64,000 nt of DNA, taken from contig CM082591.2 in the NCBI GenBank assembly GCA_040954595.2, forward strand, positions 1,711,745-1,775,744. Direction: 5' to 3'. The notes beneath the pieces were generated by a model. The model had not been told where the DNA came from and did no database searches. It worked only from the letters and a program-made list of their open reading frames with translations. This DNA is from Balanoglossus misakiensis (taxonomy: Eukaryota; Animalia; Hemichordata). The position numbers were made by a program, and so were the translations under genes. Numbering within the stretch: position 1 is the first letter of the stretch; every line of letters begins with the position of its first letter. This document shows, in pieces, positions 1 to 11,907 of this stretch.

Positions 1-136
1 CATAATACAAGTATGGCATGCTCATCAGAAGTTTTCTAAGAATACAACAAGCCTTTGAATTATTTGGTGTGTTCTGTGTACTTGACCAGTGATGAAGCAT
101 TTTAGTCAACATAATCATCATTTCTTTCACTTGCAG

Positions 137-1685
137 ATTTCCGGAAACGATTCACTTCCCTGTTGTCGTATCAGTTCAGCACGTTCAAACCATCATTGGC
201 GCTCAGTATACTCCATAGCAAGAAATACAAAGCAGCCTCCCCAGGTCAGTGCCGATTATTACTGGAACTATATCTACAATTTTAATGCAAGGGCACCCTA
301 TAGCAAACAAATAAACCTCATCTTTGAGATTTGAAATTCTCGGATTGTTTTGTGAATTAATCTCTGATTTTCCACAGGTCTAACCAGAACAGAACTGGAG
401 GCGGAATTTTCTAAATACGACCTCCAAAGATTGGATCTGTATTCCAAGAACATGGTCGACCATCACCTTATCACCGATCTATTGCCGTCCATCTCCAAGC
501 TGTTCTTTCTTCACAAATTGGATGTGCAACTGTCAGCAGTGCAGTCGGTGAGTCCAACTTTGAGTCAAAATCAAACTTATGCATATCACAGTTCACGGGA
601 AACAGACAAGCTAATGTGGCTAGCACAGGAGATGGAGTATTTTTTGGTTTGTTGCCGACAAATCTGAAATACCACGCGTTGGTAAAAATGTCTTAGTGGC
701 GTATTGGGGTGTTATTTTCATTTCAGGCGGTGATTCTTGGGTTGGGACTGCAGCATAAAACGGTGGACACTCTGGAAAAGGAACTGGATCTTCCAGTCAG
801 CCAGCTGCTGGGATTGTACAACCGAGTCATTCGGAAAGTCTCCCAGTACCTGAACTCTGTCCTGGAAAGTGACCTGGAGAGGGCACTAGCAGCTGAGAAA
901 CAGGTTGTCATGGAGCCCACCGCTAAGACCATGAACCAAGAACTGGTGAGTTGCTGTTCTTTGCAATCAGCATAGAGGTGATCGCAGATATGTTTCCTTG
1001 TAAAAATATGCAAATTGGGAGAAGGGCGAAATTTAGCAGGCTTATCAGCCATAGAAGTCTTGGCGCCTTGCTAAGGTTTTGTCGGGCTGTCATTTCTCAA
1101 ACTGACCTGTATTCTCGATGTTTCTTTTGCTACTACAGGAAGAGGCTGCAGCCGAAATCAAAGTCAAACAAAAGAAAGAATTGGAACAACTGAAGAATAT
1201 CGATCTCAGTCAGTGAGTATCGCAGTCACTTTTTTTCTAGATTTGAATCAAATTTTAGTTTTGCTATCACATTCAAAATGTTGCACATTGACCTCGGATT
1301 TTGTAGTGAATTTCAAGAGAGCACAGTCTTACCCAAAAATGTTTAGGACTTTGATTTTGAGGTGTATTGTACCTTTACAAAATCACTGAGTGATCTTGTG
1401 TTGTTTCAGGTATAAAATCAAAGGCGCGGACGAAGATTGGCAAGAAGCTCTGACCACTGGATCAGCTCAGGCTGTGGTCAGTGTCAAAAGGTAAAATCCA
1501 GTTCACTCTACCCACAAAAAATTCTTTAATATTAGCATCAAAGATGATTATTCTGAATGATTTTCTCTGTGATTTTTCTTTTCAGTTCAGCTGATGGCAC
1601 CAGTAAACGCAAGGGAGATGAGGACGGAAAGAAGAGAAAACAGAAACAGAAGAAATTCAAGAAAGCCAAATTCTCTAAATCATAG
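137..1685 (+). CDS. NAT10: RNA cytidine acetyltransferase NAT10, 3' part only (gene starts before the window); exons ~137-244, 378-547, 727-945, 1139-1212, 1410-1490, 1586-1685
   Basis: Spliced translation DFRKRFTSLLSYQFSTFKPSLAL...YDLQRLDLYSKNMVDHHLITDLLP...LGLGLQHKTVDTLEKELDLPVSQLLGLYNRVIRK matches the NAT10/Kre33 C-terminal domain. Lys-rich tail, GT-AG introns, TAG at 1683-1685. Confidence 0.95.
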
Positions 1686-2641
1686 CATTCAGAACACGTG
1701 GTCCACCCCTGTTTCACTCTTTAGAGGTCCAACTGTACCATGAAAAACAATGGACTTGGACCAAACCATGGTGGTGGAAGGGTGTATTTATAGACAGTTC
1801 CAACTGGAAGTACCCATATTTTTGTGACTTCAGCATTTTACCATTTTTCCCCTATGAATATATGTTTGTAATATAGACTCACCTTAACTATATTTTGATG
1901 GCTGTCTTATTCTACTGTCTTTCTTACTCTACTGTCTTGATTTGTAAACTTGGGCTTTGGCAAAAAATGAAATGCCAAAATAATTTCCCTTGAAGTTGAT
2001 TGCAGTGGTGAGTACTAGTACATTGACTGCAGGCAAAAAAGACATTCCTAGTTTTTAAATTTGCACAAACAGAACTGCCGTTTTGAAACACATGAAAACC
2101 CAGCCACTTATGTAATTACAAGTACATTTAATTCTTTTTGGGACTTTGAAAGTGAAAGCTTACTTTTCTTGTAACCAGTTCCCCTTTTTATTTGTAGAGG
2201 TCCCACTTTACCATAGATAAACAATAACAGCTTGTTGGAAATAAAAAACAATACATAAAGGAGTATGGTGTTGTAAAAAAAAAAGAAATTTATGTAAAAT
2301 CCACAAAATGGAGTTACTCATTGTATTTAATGTGGAAATAAAAACAAAAGAATACATAAAGGTGTGGTGTTGTAAAAAAAAAGAAATGAAACATAAATGA
2401 TATACACGTGTAGTTTCCATGTTTTCAGCTTTGATTCCAATGCATACCAAAAGATATTTCACGACAATTGATAGTCGCATCTTCCCAGCTCACTGTCTGT
2501 GTAGAACTGCATGTTGCTTATGGACCTCCACATACATGAGGCTTTTCCGCACATTTTCCATGAGTATGGGTCTGCCAATGTCCAAGTTGCTGCTGAGAGT
2601 TATTTGTAGTCAGGATTTGAAGACTTGCCCGTTGTGTGTAG

Positions 2642-5641
2642 CTATCTGTCCATGGCAGACTGCTTCTCAGTGCTCGTTGGAAAGCATCTCTTGAGTATCA
2701 GTCGACAGAACTCTAATTCTTCCTGCAGGGAACAAAAAAAGATAGGAATTTATGAGAAATATTTGCTCCCCACTTCATTCTCCCTCTCTCCGCAAGGCTC
2801 AATCTCTCAGGCTGGTTCTATCCTGTGATATGCAGCGACTGTGTCTCACCTGAAATTCCTCTTCCCCTTGAATCTCCTCTATTTTGTGTCTGAGTAGCTC
2901 TTCCAAATTCAGGTCCGGTAGCCGACACTCTTCAAGACTATCCGAATGATCAGTTAGCAAGTTGTTGAGAACGGACAGAACGTGTTCATGAGAAGCTTTG
3001 TGTGGAGTCTGCAACAGCGCCACCAGTTGGTGAATGAAACCCATTTTGTACAGCGTATCTGAAATCAGTTGAGGGCACAATGCATTGTTATTCCAAGTGT
3101 GGTACCACTCGGCACATTTAAGTCTCAATATCCAGTAATGTGATTTATTTTGTAACAGGAACAAGAGGAACTGATAAGCCAGTCAAGGCACTCAAAATCT
3201 ACTGATTAGTAAATGGGATTCTATGGGGTTTAGAAATTCTATAGCCGGTCACATACTGAGTTCAGGCTGGCAATTTGACCGATGACCGGCTGCTAATATG
3301 CCCATGAAAATAGCTATAAGTTTATTTGAGTCAGTCACCCACTTCTGTTGCATACATGTATGCATACAGGATTGAGCACTCTTCTGTCCGTACCTTTCAA
3401 TGTTCTGTTTTCAGTGATCAGGGCATTGAGCATGAACGCTGTTTTGATTTGAAGTTTTTCAATGTCGCTCTGCATTGCACGTATGGCCACTGAAAATCCG
3501 TCCAGTTCCACAAACTCTTGTTGTGCCTTCTCGTGTGTCCTCACCATACCTGCAGAGGAAATCCATGTATCATTGATTTACAGTTCAGTGTTGGTCCCTG
3601 AATGTGTAGAGTCTAACACAGGTTTGACTGTATATGTATTTACATAACCAACTGGACAGCCCAATATACCTCAAAACAAAACCTTTCAACTATGAACTTT
3701 TCTTTTCCACAGCTGTACTTACACGACACTGCATACAGTGATTTCACCTTGACCAAATCCACATCATCCTTGTCTATTCTGTTCAAGAGCAGCTTTAGGA
3801 AGCCATCGTCTACAAACACGTTTTGACAGTAGGGATTATTCTGCGCCATTGTTGCTATCAGCTGGGCACACCTCCACCGTATCCCGCTATTCACGTCGTC
3901 GATGCACTGTTTCACGGTGGGAATTCCGCCAATCTTGTGCAAGTCTGAAACAAATCGATTACATCAGTCGATGGATAATCAAACACGCTGTTACTTAAGT
4001 TACTAGATGAAACGATTATCAACAAAGTACAAATGAAATAACATCAGTCAAGACATCGTCAAATTCTTGAAAATGACCCAAGGGATAATCATGATATCTT
4101 GTTCTGGGAAATCACAGATATCCAGAAAGCAACTAACCCTTTGCATTGTCCATCATATCACACAGCTCTTCTAAATATTCCAGAGCATTTTCTCGGTGGG
4201 AAATATCATCTTCCTCGTGACTTCCTCTTTTCTCAGTCAGAATTTCCAGACATTTTTTCATCTCCTTCACATCGTCTCTGTACATTTCTTTTAATGCTTC
4301 CTGGAGCCACTTACTTCTCTGTATAAAAATTAAAAAGATCTTGTTTAGGCAAAGACCTCACTTGGGCTACTGTTCATGTAGGTTTGTGTCTTATGTATCA
4401 TGTGATATTATTACTGTACTATACTATACTGACAGTAGTTGAAGGGGTGTGTAAGTCTTCAAATGATCGTGGCAGCGCACTTAACTTTCCATGGCAAGAA
4501 GGCTACATTTGCACATGTTTGCGTACCTTTTAACTAACAGAGCTGACCCAGTCAGAAAGGTAACAGGTCGTTTCGGCACCGCGGAGTTTCGGCCCCAGTC
4601 ACTTCGGCACCCAATTTTCACGACCCCGGTCTGTTCGGCCCCGACACCCCAGTCGTTTCGGTACTTATCTGTAATGGCCCAACTAAACTTGGCTCTAGGT
4701 CCCCCGGGTATATACCCGTATTAAAAGGGTATCATCAGGCGCCACATTCTTTCAGATAAGTGACAAGTTGAATTAGTTCTCGCTTCCTGTACAGTATCAT
4801 TTTAATGTAGCTAATGAAATAGGTAAACATCATCTAATGGTTCTGCGTGCATAAATTATAGTCCCGACGCTGCCAAGTTTGTGGCCTAGGTTACAGCACG
4901 TACATTTAAAGCAATATGTTATACGAAATTTTTATTTCTTCCATACGAATACAAGTTTAACTTAAAGTGAGAAAACTAAACAGCATTGCAACCGGGTAGA
5001 ATGGCATATAGTGTGGAGAGACTCAGTGCTTTGTCAGCGCAACCTGCTTTGTGGAGCTATACAGATGTATTTACATAATGACCGATAAAGAAGTATTTGC
5101 ATAATGACCAATAAAACATGCCATAGATTGTGTTAATCGCTGCTATGAATTTGCATTTTCCTAGTCCCGTCTGCTTGAATTTTACTCTCTCTAGTACCTC
5201 CATGGCTAGTACCTCCATGGCTAGGGTTACCACTATTACTTTTATAACAGTCTCAGGAAAAATACATACATTTTATTCAATTTTACTTAAGGCTACCGAT
5301 AAGTACCGAAACGACTGGGGTGTTGGGGCCGTACAGACCGGGGTCGTGAAAATTGGGTGCCGAAGTGACTGGGGCCGAAACTCCGCGGGGCCGAAACGAC
5401 TCGAAAGCGTCAGAAACTTTGTTTTGATCTGTACAGTAAAGCCTTAAGGGAAATGGGTTAATCTTTTGAATCTACTGACCTCCTCTGACATTGGTTCATG
5501 ATGTGGTGTGGCCTCAGGGTCGGTTGCCGTGTTTTCAATTGCATATTTCAGCAATCCTTCTAGGTTCTTTGGGTAAGCTCCTTCATCGCCGTAGCCACGG
5601 TTGCCAGATCCTGAACCCGATCCACCATCACTGGATGCCAT
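2642..5641 (-). CDS. HSPBP1: Hsp70-binding protein 1 (nucleotide exchange factor, ARM repeats); ~6 exons (~5480-5641, 4138-4318, 3723-3944, 3394-3549, 2850-3058, 2642-2722)
   Basis: Peptides PKNLEGLLKYAIE, IRWRCAQLIATMAQNNPYCQ, VKVKSLYAVSC, DGFSVAIRAMQSDIEKLQIKTAFML and HEHVLSVL; C-terminus ...CFPTSTEKQSAMDR* resembles the vertebrate HSPBP1 end (SMDR). Confidence 0.93.
4559..5408. mobile_element. 850-bp non-autonomous DNA transposon (MITE-like) in HSPBP1 intron 1, with ~100-bp inverted repeats and an 8-bp TSD GTCAGAAA
   Basis: 4567-4669 (gtcgtttcggcaccgcggagtttcggccccagtcacttcggcaccc...) is almost the exact reverse complement of 5298-5400. GTCAGAAA occurs at 4551-4558 and 5409-5416. No internal transposase. 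Confidence 0.9.
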
Positions 5642-6336
5642 CACCACAGAATTGTTCCTCTTTGAGTCTCACTGAAGCGAGCGACGACAGACTAAACCTA
5701 CTTCTGTTAATGTTAATACGACGGTTTCTCTCGGTGTCAACACTCTTTGAAAAAATTCCCACCACAGAATATATTAAGAGTGATGTTTGTGTCTAGAAAG
5801 TTCTTGTTGGAGTCATGCTTTCTGTCGGGTCAAAGGTTACTAACGTAAATGGGTACGTTACTGAGTGCGTTGACGTGACGATCAATACTGGTATCTGGGT
5901 TTATGTACGAACATTTGGAGAAGTGTGCAATACGAAATAACAGTATATTTTAAGCATGTCATAAATATACATGTATTTTCTAATTATAAATAGTAATAAT
6001 TTTGCCGTCTATTCATATTTTCAAGTGCTGATAGGTGAGCGTATCCTTTTACGTTACTCGCCGCACAGATAAGCATCCGAATCAGACTCCGGTGCAGAAG
6101 CTTTGTCCAGGAGATTGTGCGATGTGAAACAAATGAATATGAAAAATCACGAAAACGCGACGTCAAAGTATTTTCAGTTTATTTCAAATCACGCGTTGCA
6201 AAAAAGTCCTTAATAAATGCCATCTACTAGGTTATTTCAAATGTACTTCTTAAGTAAAACAAACTTTTTGGAAAATAAATAAAGTGACACTGCATGCTTT
6301 ACAACTTTTTTTACACCAACACTCGCATGTTCATTT

Positions 6337-7477
6337 TCACATGCACTGTTCTAAGTCTGGCTGTCGTATCCGCGATTCCATTTTTTCGTTCTTTGCAAAC
6401 TGCTTCAGTAAGTCCATCACTTCAGTGTTGTACTCCTCTGGTGTTGGTTTGTTTTCTGAAATCAAAGTCACACACCAATCTGATCAATAACAGTGGTGGC
6501 AATTCAACATAGCAATGGATATGTATCATGACTCACTACACTACACACATGTCAAAGGAAAGATCTGAAGCAAAGAAACTCACCTACTGCCCAATAGTAT
6601 ATGTCCCAATCGTTACTGGGTTTGTTGATAAGATGGTCATATAACTTAAGCTGGTCATCTGTAAACTTTTGTAAATACTGTGCAGCAAAGGAACTAAAGA
6701 AGAAAAAAAAAATTAAAAAAAAAATCATCAGATTTTTTAAAATCAATTTTTAAGAATCTTTCCATATTGTGAATGCATCTCTTCAATATAATGAATTTTA
6801 CCTTAACAAAAGACCATTCTCAAGCATTCCCCGTTTTCTGCTCTGGTACAATAGTCTTGCTCTTTTCAGATCCGGTGTTTCATTCGTGGGTTCTTTCCAT
6901 TCCGGGATGGCTGGTTCACTCCCTCCGGAATGATCAACTACATGCTCGGCATAAAGTCTGCTACCCTGGATAAATGCTGGATTAATGATCTGTGGGATTA
7001 AATAACCGGATATAAAAATATTGATTTTGACTAGTATGTGACACACTGATATGGATCAGAAACTCAACACAAACAGCCGAGTCTGAGGGGGCGTGGCCGG
7101 GTTTTATGGGTCCTCATACTGTGTACAAGATAGCTGCAGTGCCCCAGCTCGAGATTTTGCCTTGTGTTAGAGGTTGGGAGTCTGGCTTTGCCCCCAAACC
7201 CTAACATATAACAACAAACGCCATGCAAAATCCCCAGCTACCATTCATGGCGAAATGCACATGATGCACAGGGTCACATTTCTGACATTATCAGTCCACT
7301 GTCAGCCCTCGTAACTACGGGTTACGACTACAAGTAACCGTATGATGGACGCCATAGTATAAAAAATTGCTTCATGCGTACATACTGAGAAATTAACAGC
7401 CCTAAAAACGACAAACTTACCCGGGCACGCAATAAGTTTTGTGAGACCTGTCGACAACATCTTACCAGAGAAGCCAT
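6337..7477 (-). CDS. SDHAF2: Succinate dehydrogenase assembly factor 2 (Sdh5); 4 exons
   Basis: [43 protein letters not shown] and RIRQPDL are Sdh5 hallmarks. ATG at 7477, TGA at 6337. Confidence 0.95.
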
Positions 7478-8064
7478 TATGACCTTACTTGACCGACCTT
7501 ATGCAATCCAGACGATGCTGAAATTAGACTCGGATTCGTTTTCGGATTAGCTGAGCGCCACCTATCGACTACGTGGGACTCTACTTCGTTCACTAACAGC
7601 CCTTTGCCTATGGCCAATAATGAGACATAAAAGTACCGTTCCAATTCAATTTTATCTTTATTGTCACATGCCATTTTAATTTTAAAAATAATAATAAATT
7701 TAATATAAAGTTCTCTTTATATGAACCCACTTTTTAAATGATTAAATTCATCATGATACATACTCAGAATTTTGGTGGGCAACCATCCATAATATTAATC
7801 CTCTCCAAAATGACATTATGAAGGAAGCACGTAATTGTAAGTGCAAATACCTCAATCTGAACTGCGAGCTCAGATTCTTAAAGTTGATCATCTATTGAGT
7901 TGTCTCTCTATATACAAGTTACAATATGTTATAAACAACGGACAAATATTTACAAATAACAGTATCATCGGGTTAAATTATTTTCTAAAAATGTACAATA
8001 AAAAGAAAAAGTCCAAGGCACAATAGCTGTTGTTACATGATCGTGAAATCAAGTCATCTTGAGT

Positions 8065-11000
8065 TTAACTTGTCTTCTTTCTGTCTTCTAATTTCTTGTC
8101 TTTTGTCAAAACTTGTAGAGTGTTTTGTGTCACCGACCTAAATCAGGAATTGAAACGGGGGAAACTGATCATTAAGGCGATGTTAGAAGCAGGTAAAATA
8201 GTGAATGGATGCAAATAAAGGAGGAACACAGTACCCAATGATGGACTTAACCGTTTCACCATCATGGTTTGGTCCAAACCCATAGTTTTCTATGGTAAAG
8301 TTGGACCTCTACAGCAGGAACTAGGGGTGTAAGAGCTGAGCTGGAGGTTACTTACCTGAGTGCAAAGGTTGGTACGTGATGACCATAAACAACAAACAAC
8401 TGATATTTGTCTTGAAGCAGAGCATAGCATTTGTAGTCATCACCACAGATGTATGTATCTCTAACTGGGTGTGTTAGTGACAAGTATGGATCAGCTGTGA
8501 ACTCTGGAAAATAAACACACATTCAAGGTTTTAAGTAACAAACTTATACAGGTTCATGTTTGGGGTGTTTTGTTTCATATGACACATTTAATATGTTTGA
8601 TTTGTTTTGTAAATCGGGCTGATGTTTAACCCCTTTACCACCATGGTTTTGTCCAAATCCATTGTTTTCTACGGCAAGGTTGGACCTCTAAAGAGGGAAC
8701 TAGGGGTGAAAGGGTTGAATCCTCCACAACTTACCTTCCTTATCAGGACTATGCACAGGAGAAAAATATGTTCCAACAACATTCTTGTAGAATGTCTTCA
8801 GAACATTTCGCCGTCTGTTAACGCTCAACATTCTGTGAAGTGGGTGTTTTTCTTCTGTCGGGTTTGGATGAATTGAGGCCAGGCACCTGTGATTCTCTGT
8901 ATTCACTAAAATAAACCTAGTTGTAGAAAAAAAGAAAGGAACGGTGAACATTCAGTCTTACTGGTTCTTCACTCTATACTGACGTGAAGCAAAGGAGTCA
9001 TACATACCCTAAAATACCAATATCAATTTCCATCGTGGGTGGTAGATTCCTGGGAAAGATTCTGGAGCATGCTCGAAGTGGATCCAACGCTGCTTTCCAG
9101 TGTTGGTCGAGTAGTTTTTCTCTGACATCGTCCAGGGTTGGGGTCGGTCCACAAAGTACACAGGCTTCGATGTTTTGGACAAGCTGAAAAGTGAGCAGTC
9201 TGTGGGGGATCTGTGAGGGGAGGGAAATAAGTGAGAGTACAGTATCTCAGTGTTTCATTCAGGATTACATCAACAGGGGGGATATGTCCCCTTTTGTCAG
9301 AATATTTGAGGGGGATTCCACTCTGGCAAGGGGGGACTGTAATATCTTCAACATGTGAATGACATCATTTTAAGGGGCACTGGCCCCCCTTGACAAATTG
9401 CTAAGGGGTGCCAACATGTCAATAGAGGGTGAATCCCCCCATCCCCTTGTCTAGATGAAACACTGTCCAGCACACAAACCTTTGGACTGCTGTGTGGGAG
9501 ATATACGGCCACATCTCTAGACGATGCGGAAGGAAGAGATCGAAGAAGGACGGAGAGAAGCACCAATTCTTGTCCCGACAGATCCCACCATTTGTGAGTG
9601 GCTACAATCAACCTGCCAGACACTGCTAGACAACCATAGGTACTGTCAGCTGCATGTACAAAAGATTCTAAATGTTCCTGAAGATAAATAGAATAGAAGA
9701 CATGGAGTACTGTAATACAATCATTCTCTGTATCAGAATACAATAACTATGCAAATGAGGACACAGAGTTCAACAATACCAGGGTTATTGGACTCTGGTT
9801 CTATCTGAAGGCCTCTCCCCTCCCCCACACTACTTTACCTGTAAAACATTGCTTTCTTGACACACAAGTACATCCACAGATTCTGTGATGTCCCCAAAGA
9901 AGTCTGTGTCTTCTAGTAATGTGTCCACCAACCTGTAACAGCTCTGTCAACAAAACAACACACATGTATTATGCAAAAAGCAACGGATTTGAAATAACCG
10001 TGTTTGTTGAAATTTGAGAAATCTGCTCATAACCATGATGGACAGGAGCAAAGGACAGTATAGTGACTTACCTTCAGATCTCGTTTTAATCTTTCAACAT
10101 TCTTAACTGTTATCAAATCGTCTAGTCCAATCAATAGCACCTATAGTAATCAAGAAGAAAACATGAGTCTTGTGTTTGGACATGAAAAGTTTAAAGCCAT
10201 GGAATTCTGTTCACCAAAGGGTTTATACCTAAGAAATTCTACTTTCCAAATTCTAAAATACAAAGAGAAGTTTGCTCACCATTGTGTGGAAGACATTGTC
10301 CAGTAACCTGTAAAGATGGGTATCGCTTGATCCGTCATCACCAATAGCAATAATCAGAGTTATGCTGTTGGGGAAAAATCAAGTTAGTACAGGTTTGTCC
10401 TTTATAAGTAATTACTTGTGTTTTGCATGCAATTAAAGTGGCAAAAAGAACTTTAAATTTTTTGAGTTGAATATCAGGACTTATGGGGGCTGTGGGTAAG
10501 ATATGCGTATATGACATCTTAGTGTCACATAAGCCCCTACCTTTCATGGTAGACCTTCCATGCAACCCTTGCTTCGTCTGTTGTGGTACTCAATAGTTTA
10601 ACTCCATGGTTCTGTGCAAACATCTGCACCCCATTCAACATCCCAACTTCTGCAAATGCCAACTGGAAAAGAAAAACACGTTGACAGTTTTGTAGTGATT
10701 GTACCTATGATTCAAACATGTTGAGACACACCCCTCTCAATGTCCGAACCCTGCAATATCGTAGCTCGAGGGTCCCTCTGGTGTTAGGGATAGGTGGATG
10801 GCAATCCTACCTCTGACACCAGCCAGACACAGAGCTGTAGATATGTAGTAAACCACCGATCGCTGGATTCTACTTCCAAAGTGAAGAGCAGAGAAACTTA
10901 CAATGTGTACATATCTATGATCTACACAACCAAACCGTATGTCCTCAGATTTCCGCTGACAGTATGTCAGTTGCGGACGATTACCCAGAGAAAAAAATAC

Positions 11001-11125
11001 AAGTGCCTTCTACGATATCTTAGCTAAGTATTCGAGTTATAGTTTACCGATTTTATGTCTCCTTTCGTCCTTGTAAACAGGGGAACCCCTCCCCCGGCCG
11101 TCAAGCAAACCAAATATGCCGCCAT
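8065..11125 (-). CDS. FUZ: Protein fuzzy (CPLANE longin-domain planar cell polarity effector); multi-exon
   Basis: MAAYLVCLTAGGGVPLFTRTKG, GMLNGVQMFA, IVATHKWWDLSGQELVLL, SSRDVAVYLPHSSPK and CGPTPTL match fuzzy homologues. GT-AG introns. Confidence 0.92.
8626..8718. mobile_element. ~90-bp dispersed MITE with TTAA/CCC termini (piggyBac-like); further copies at ~1704-1785, 8248-8331, 12665-12751, 33564-33626 and fragments at ~14573 and 17095
   Basis: Shared consensus ttaaccctttcaccaccatggtttggtccaaacccatngttttctatggtaaagttggacctcta...aactaggggtgaaagggttaa, with inverted ends. Confidence 0.75.
9248..9465. mobile_element. Old hAT-like MITE in a FUZ intron
   Basis: Inverted termini CAGTGTTTCAT...ATGAAACACTG and internal ggggat/atcccc motifs. 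No TSD preserved. Confidence 0.55.
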
Positions 11126-11420
11126 CTTAGTGTACACAAGTTTCAATGACGTCACTCCCACCAACGTGCCCTTTAACCCCATAATCAGTGACGTTGAGTA
11201 GCAACAACGCAAAACATTCTGCACCAGGCGTTCGGCGGAATCCCTCTACTCATCAAGGAAGACCAATGTTTTAATCACGAAATCGGCAACGTGTAAACCC
11301 TACAGTAACCCTGAGGTAAGTTTTAGACTTGAGCTTGATGACTACCTTCGCTTGATGTGTTGCAGGGAAGCGCGATCGTCGAAAAGCGCGTCGCTAGTCT
11401 GGCGTCCATGCCAACGCTAG
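11126..11420. promoter_or_regulatory. Bidirectional promoter shared by FUZ and ARMC3; ARMC3 non-coding first exon ends at a donor at ~11316
   Basis: Head-to-head arrangement. CRE palindrome TGACGTCA at 11147-11154, X-box-like GTTGAGTAGCAAC at 11193-11205, donor GAG|GTAAGT at 11316, acceptor before 11862. Confidence 0.6.
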
Positions 11421-11907
11421 ACTTTACCTGCACAAGCGTACGTATGTGTACATTGCAGTGAGAAATGAACCATGGATGACGGGTTTCTCGCCTGCAGTTT
11501 TCAAGTGTATTAGATTTTTACAACACGCTTTCCGATTCTACGAAATAGTCAATGTTGTGCAGCAAAACATTGCCATGGCCGATTGCTTGTTGCAGTTATA
11601 AACAGTGTCAATAGTGTTGATAGCATTGTTGACATGTATGTGTCAATGGAAATGTATGGAGGTGGTCACTCACACAGTGAATGTGATCTGTACCAGTGCA
11701 CTTTCAATTAAGTTGAACATTATATTAATTTTACAACTAGCTATTCCTTTTCCCGTTTTAAGGGTTACATTTATTACATCAGGGAATTCATGATGCGATC
11801 ATGGGATGACCATCCATACATTTTAATTTCTAATGATGTTTTAATTTTTTTATTTTAACAGATTGTGAGTTTCTCTATCCTTATTTGTGACATCACCAAT
11901 CAACAGA

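Noticed and set aside
1-1585. Box C/D guide RNA (SNORD13-like) in NAT10 introns
   Set aside because: An isolated GTGATGA at 89 has no properly placed D box, and no ACCTTGTTACGAC 18S-complementary tract was seen.
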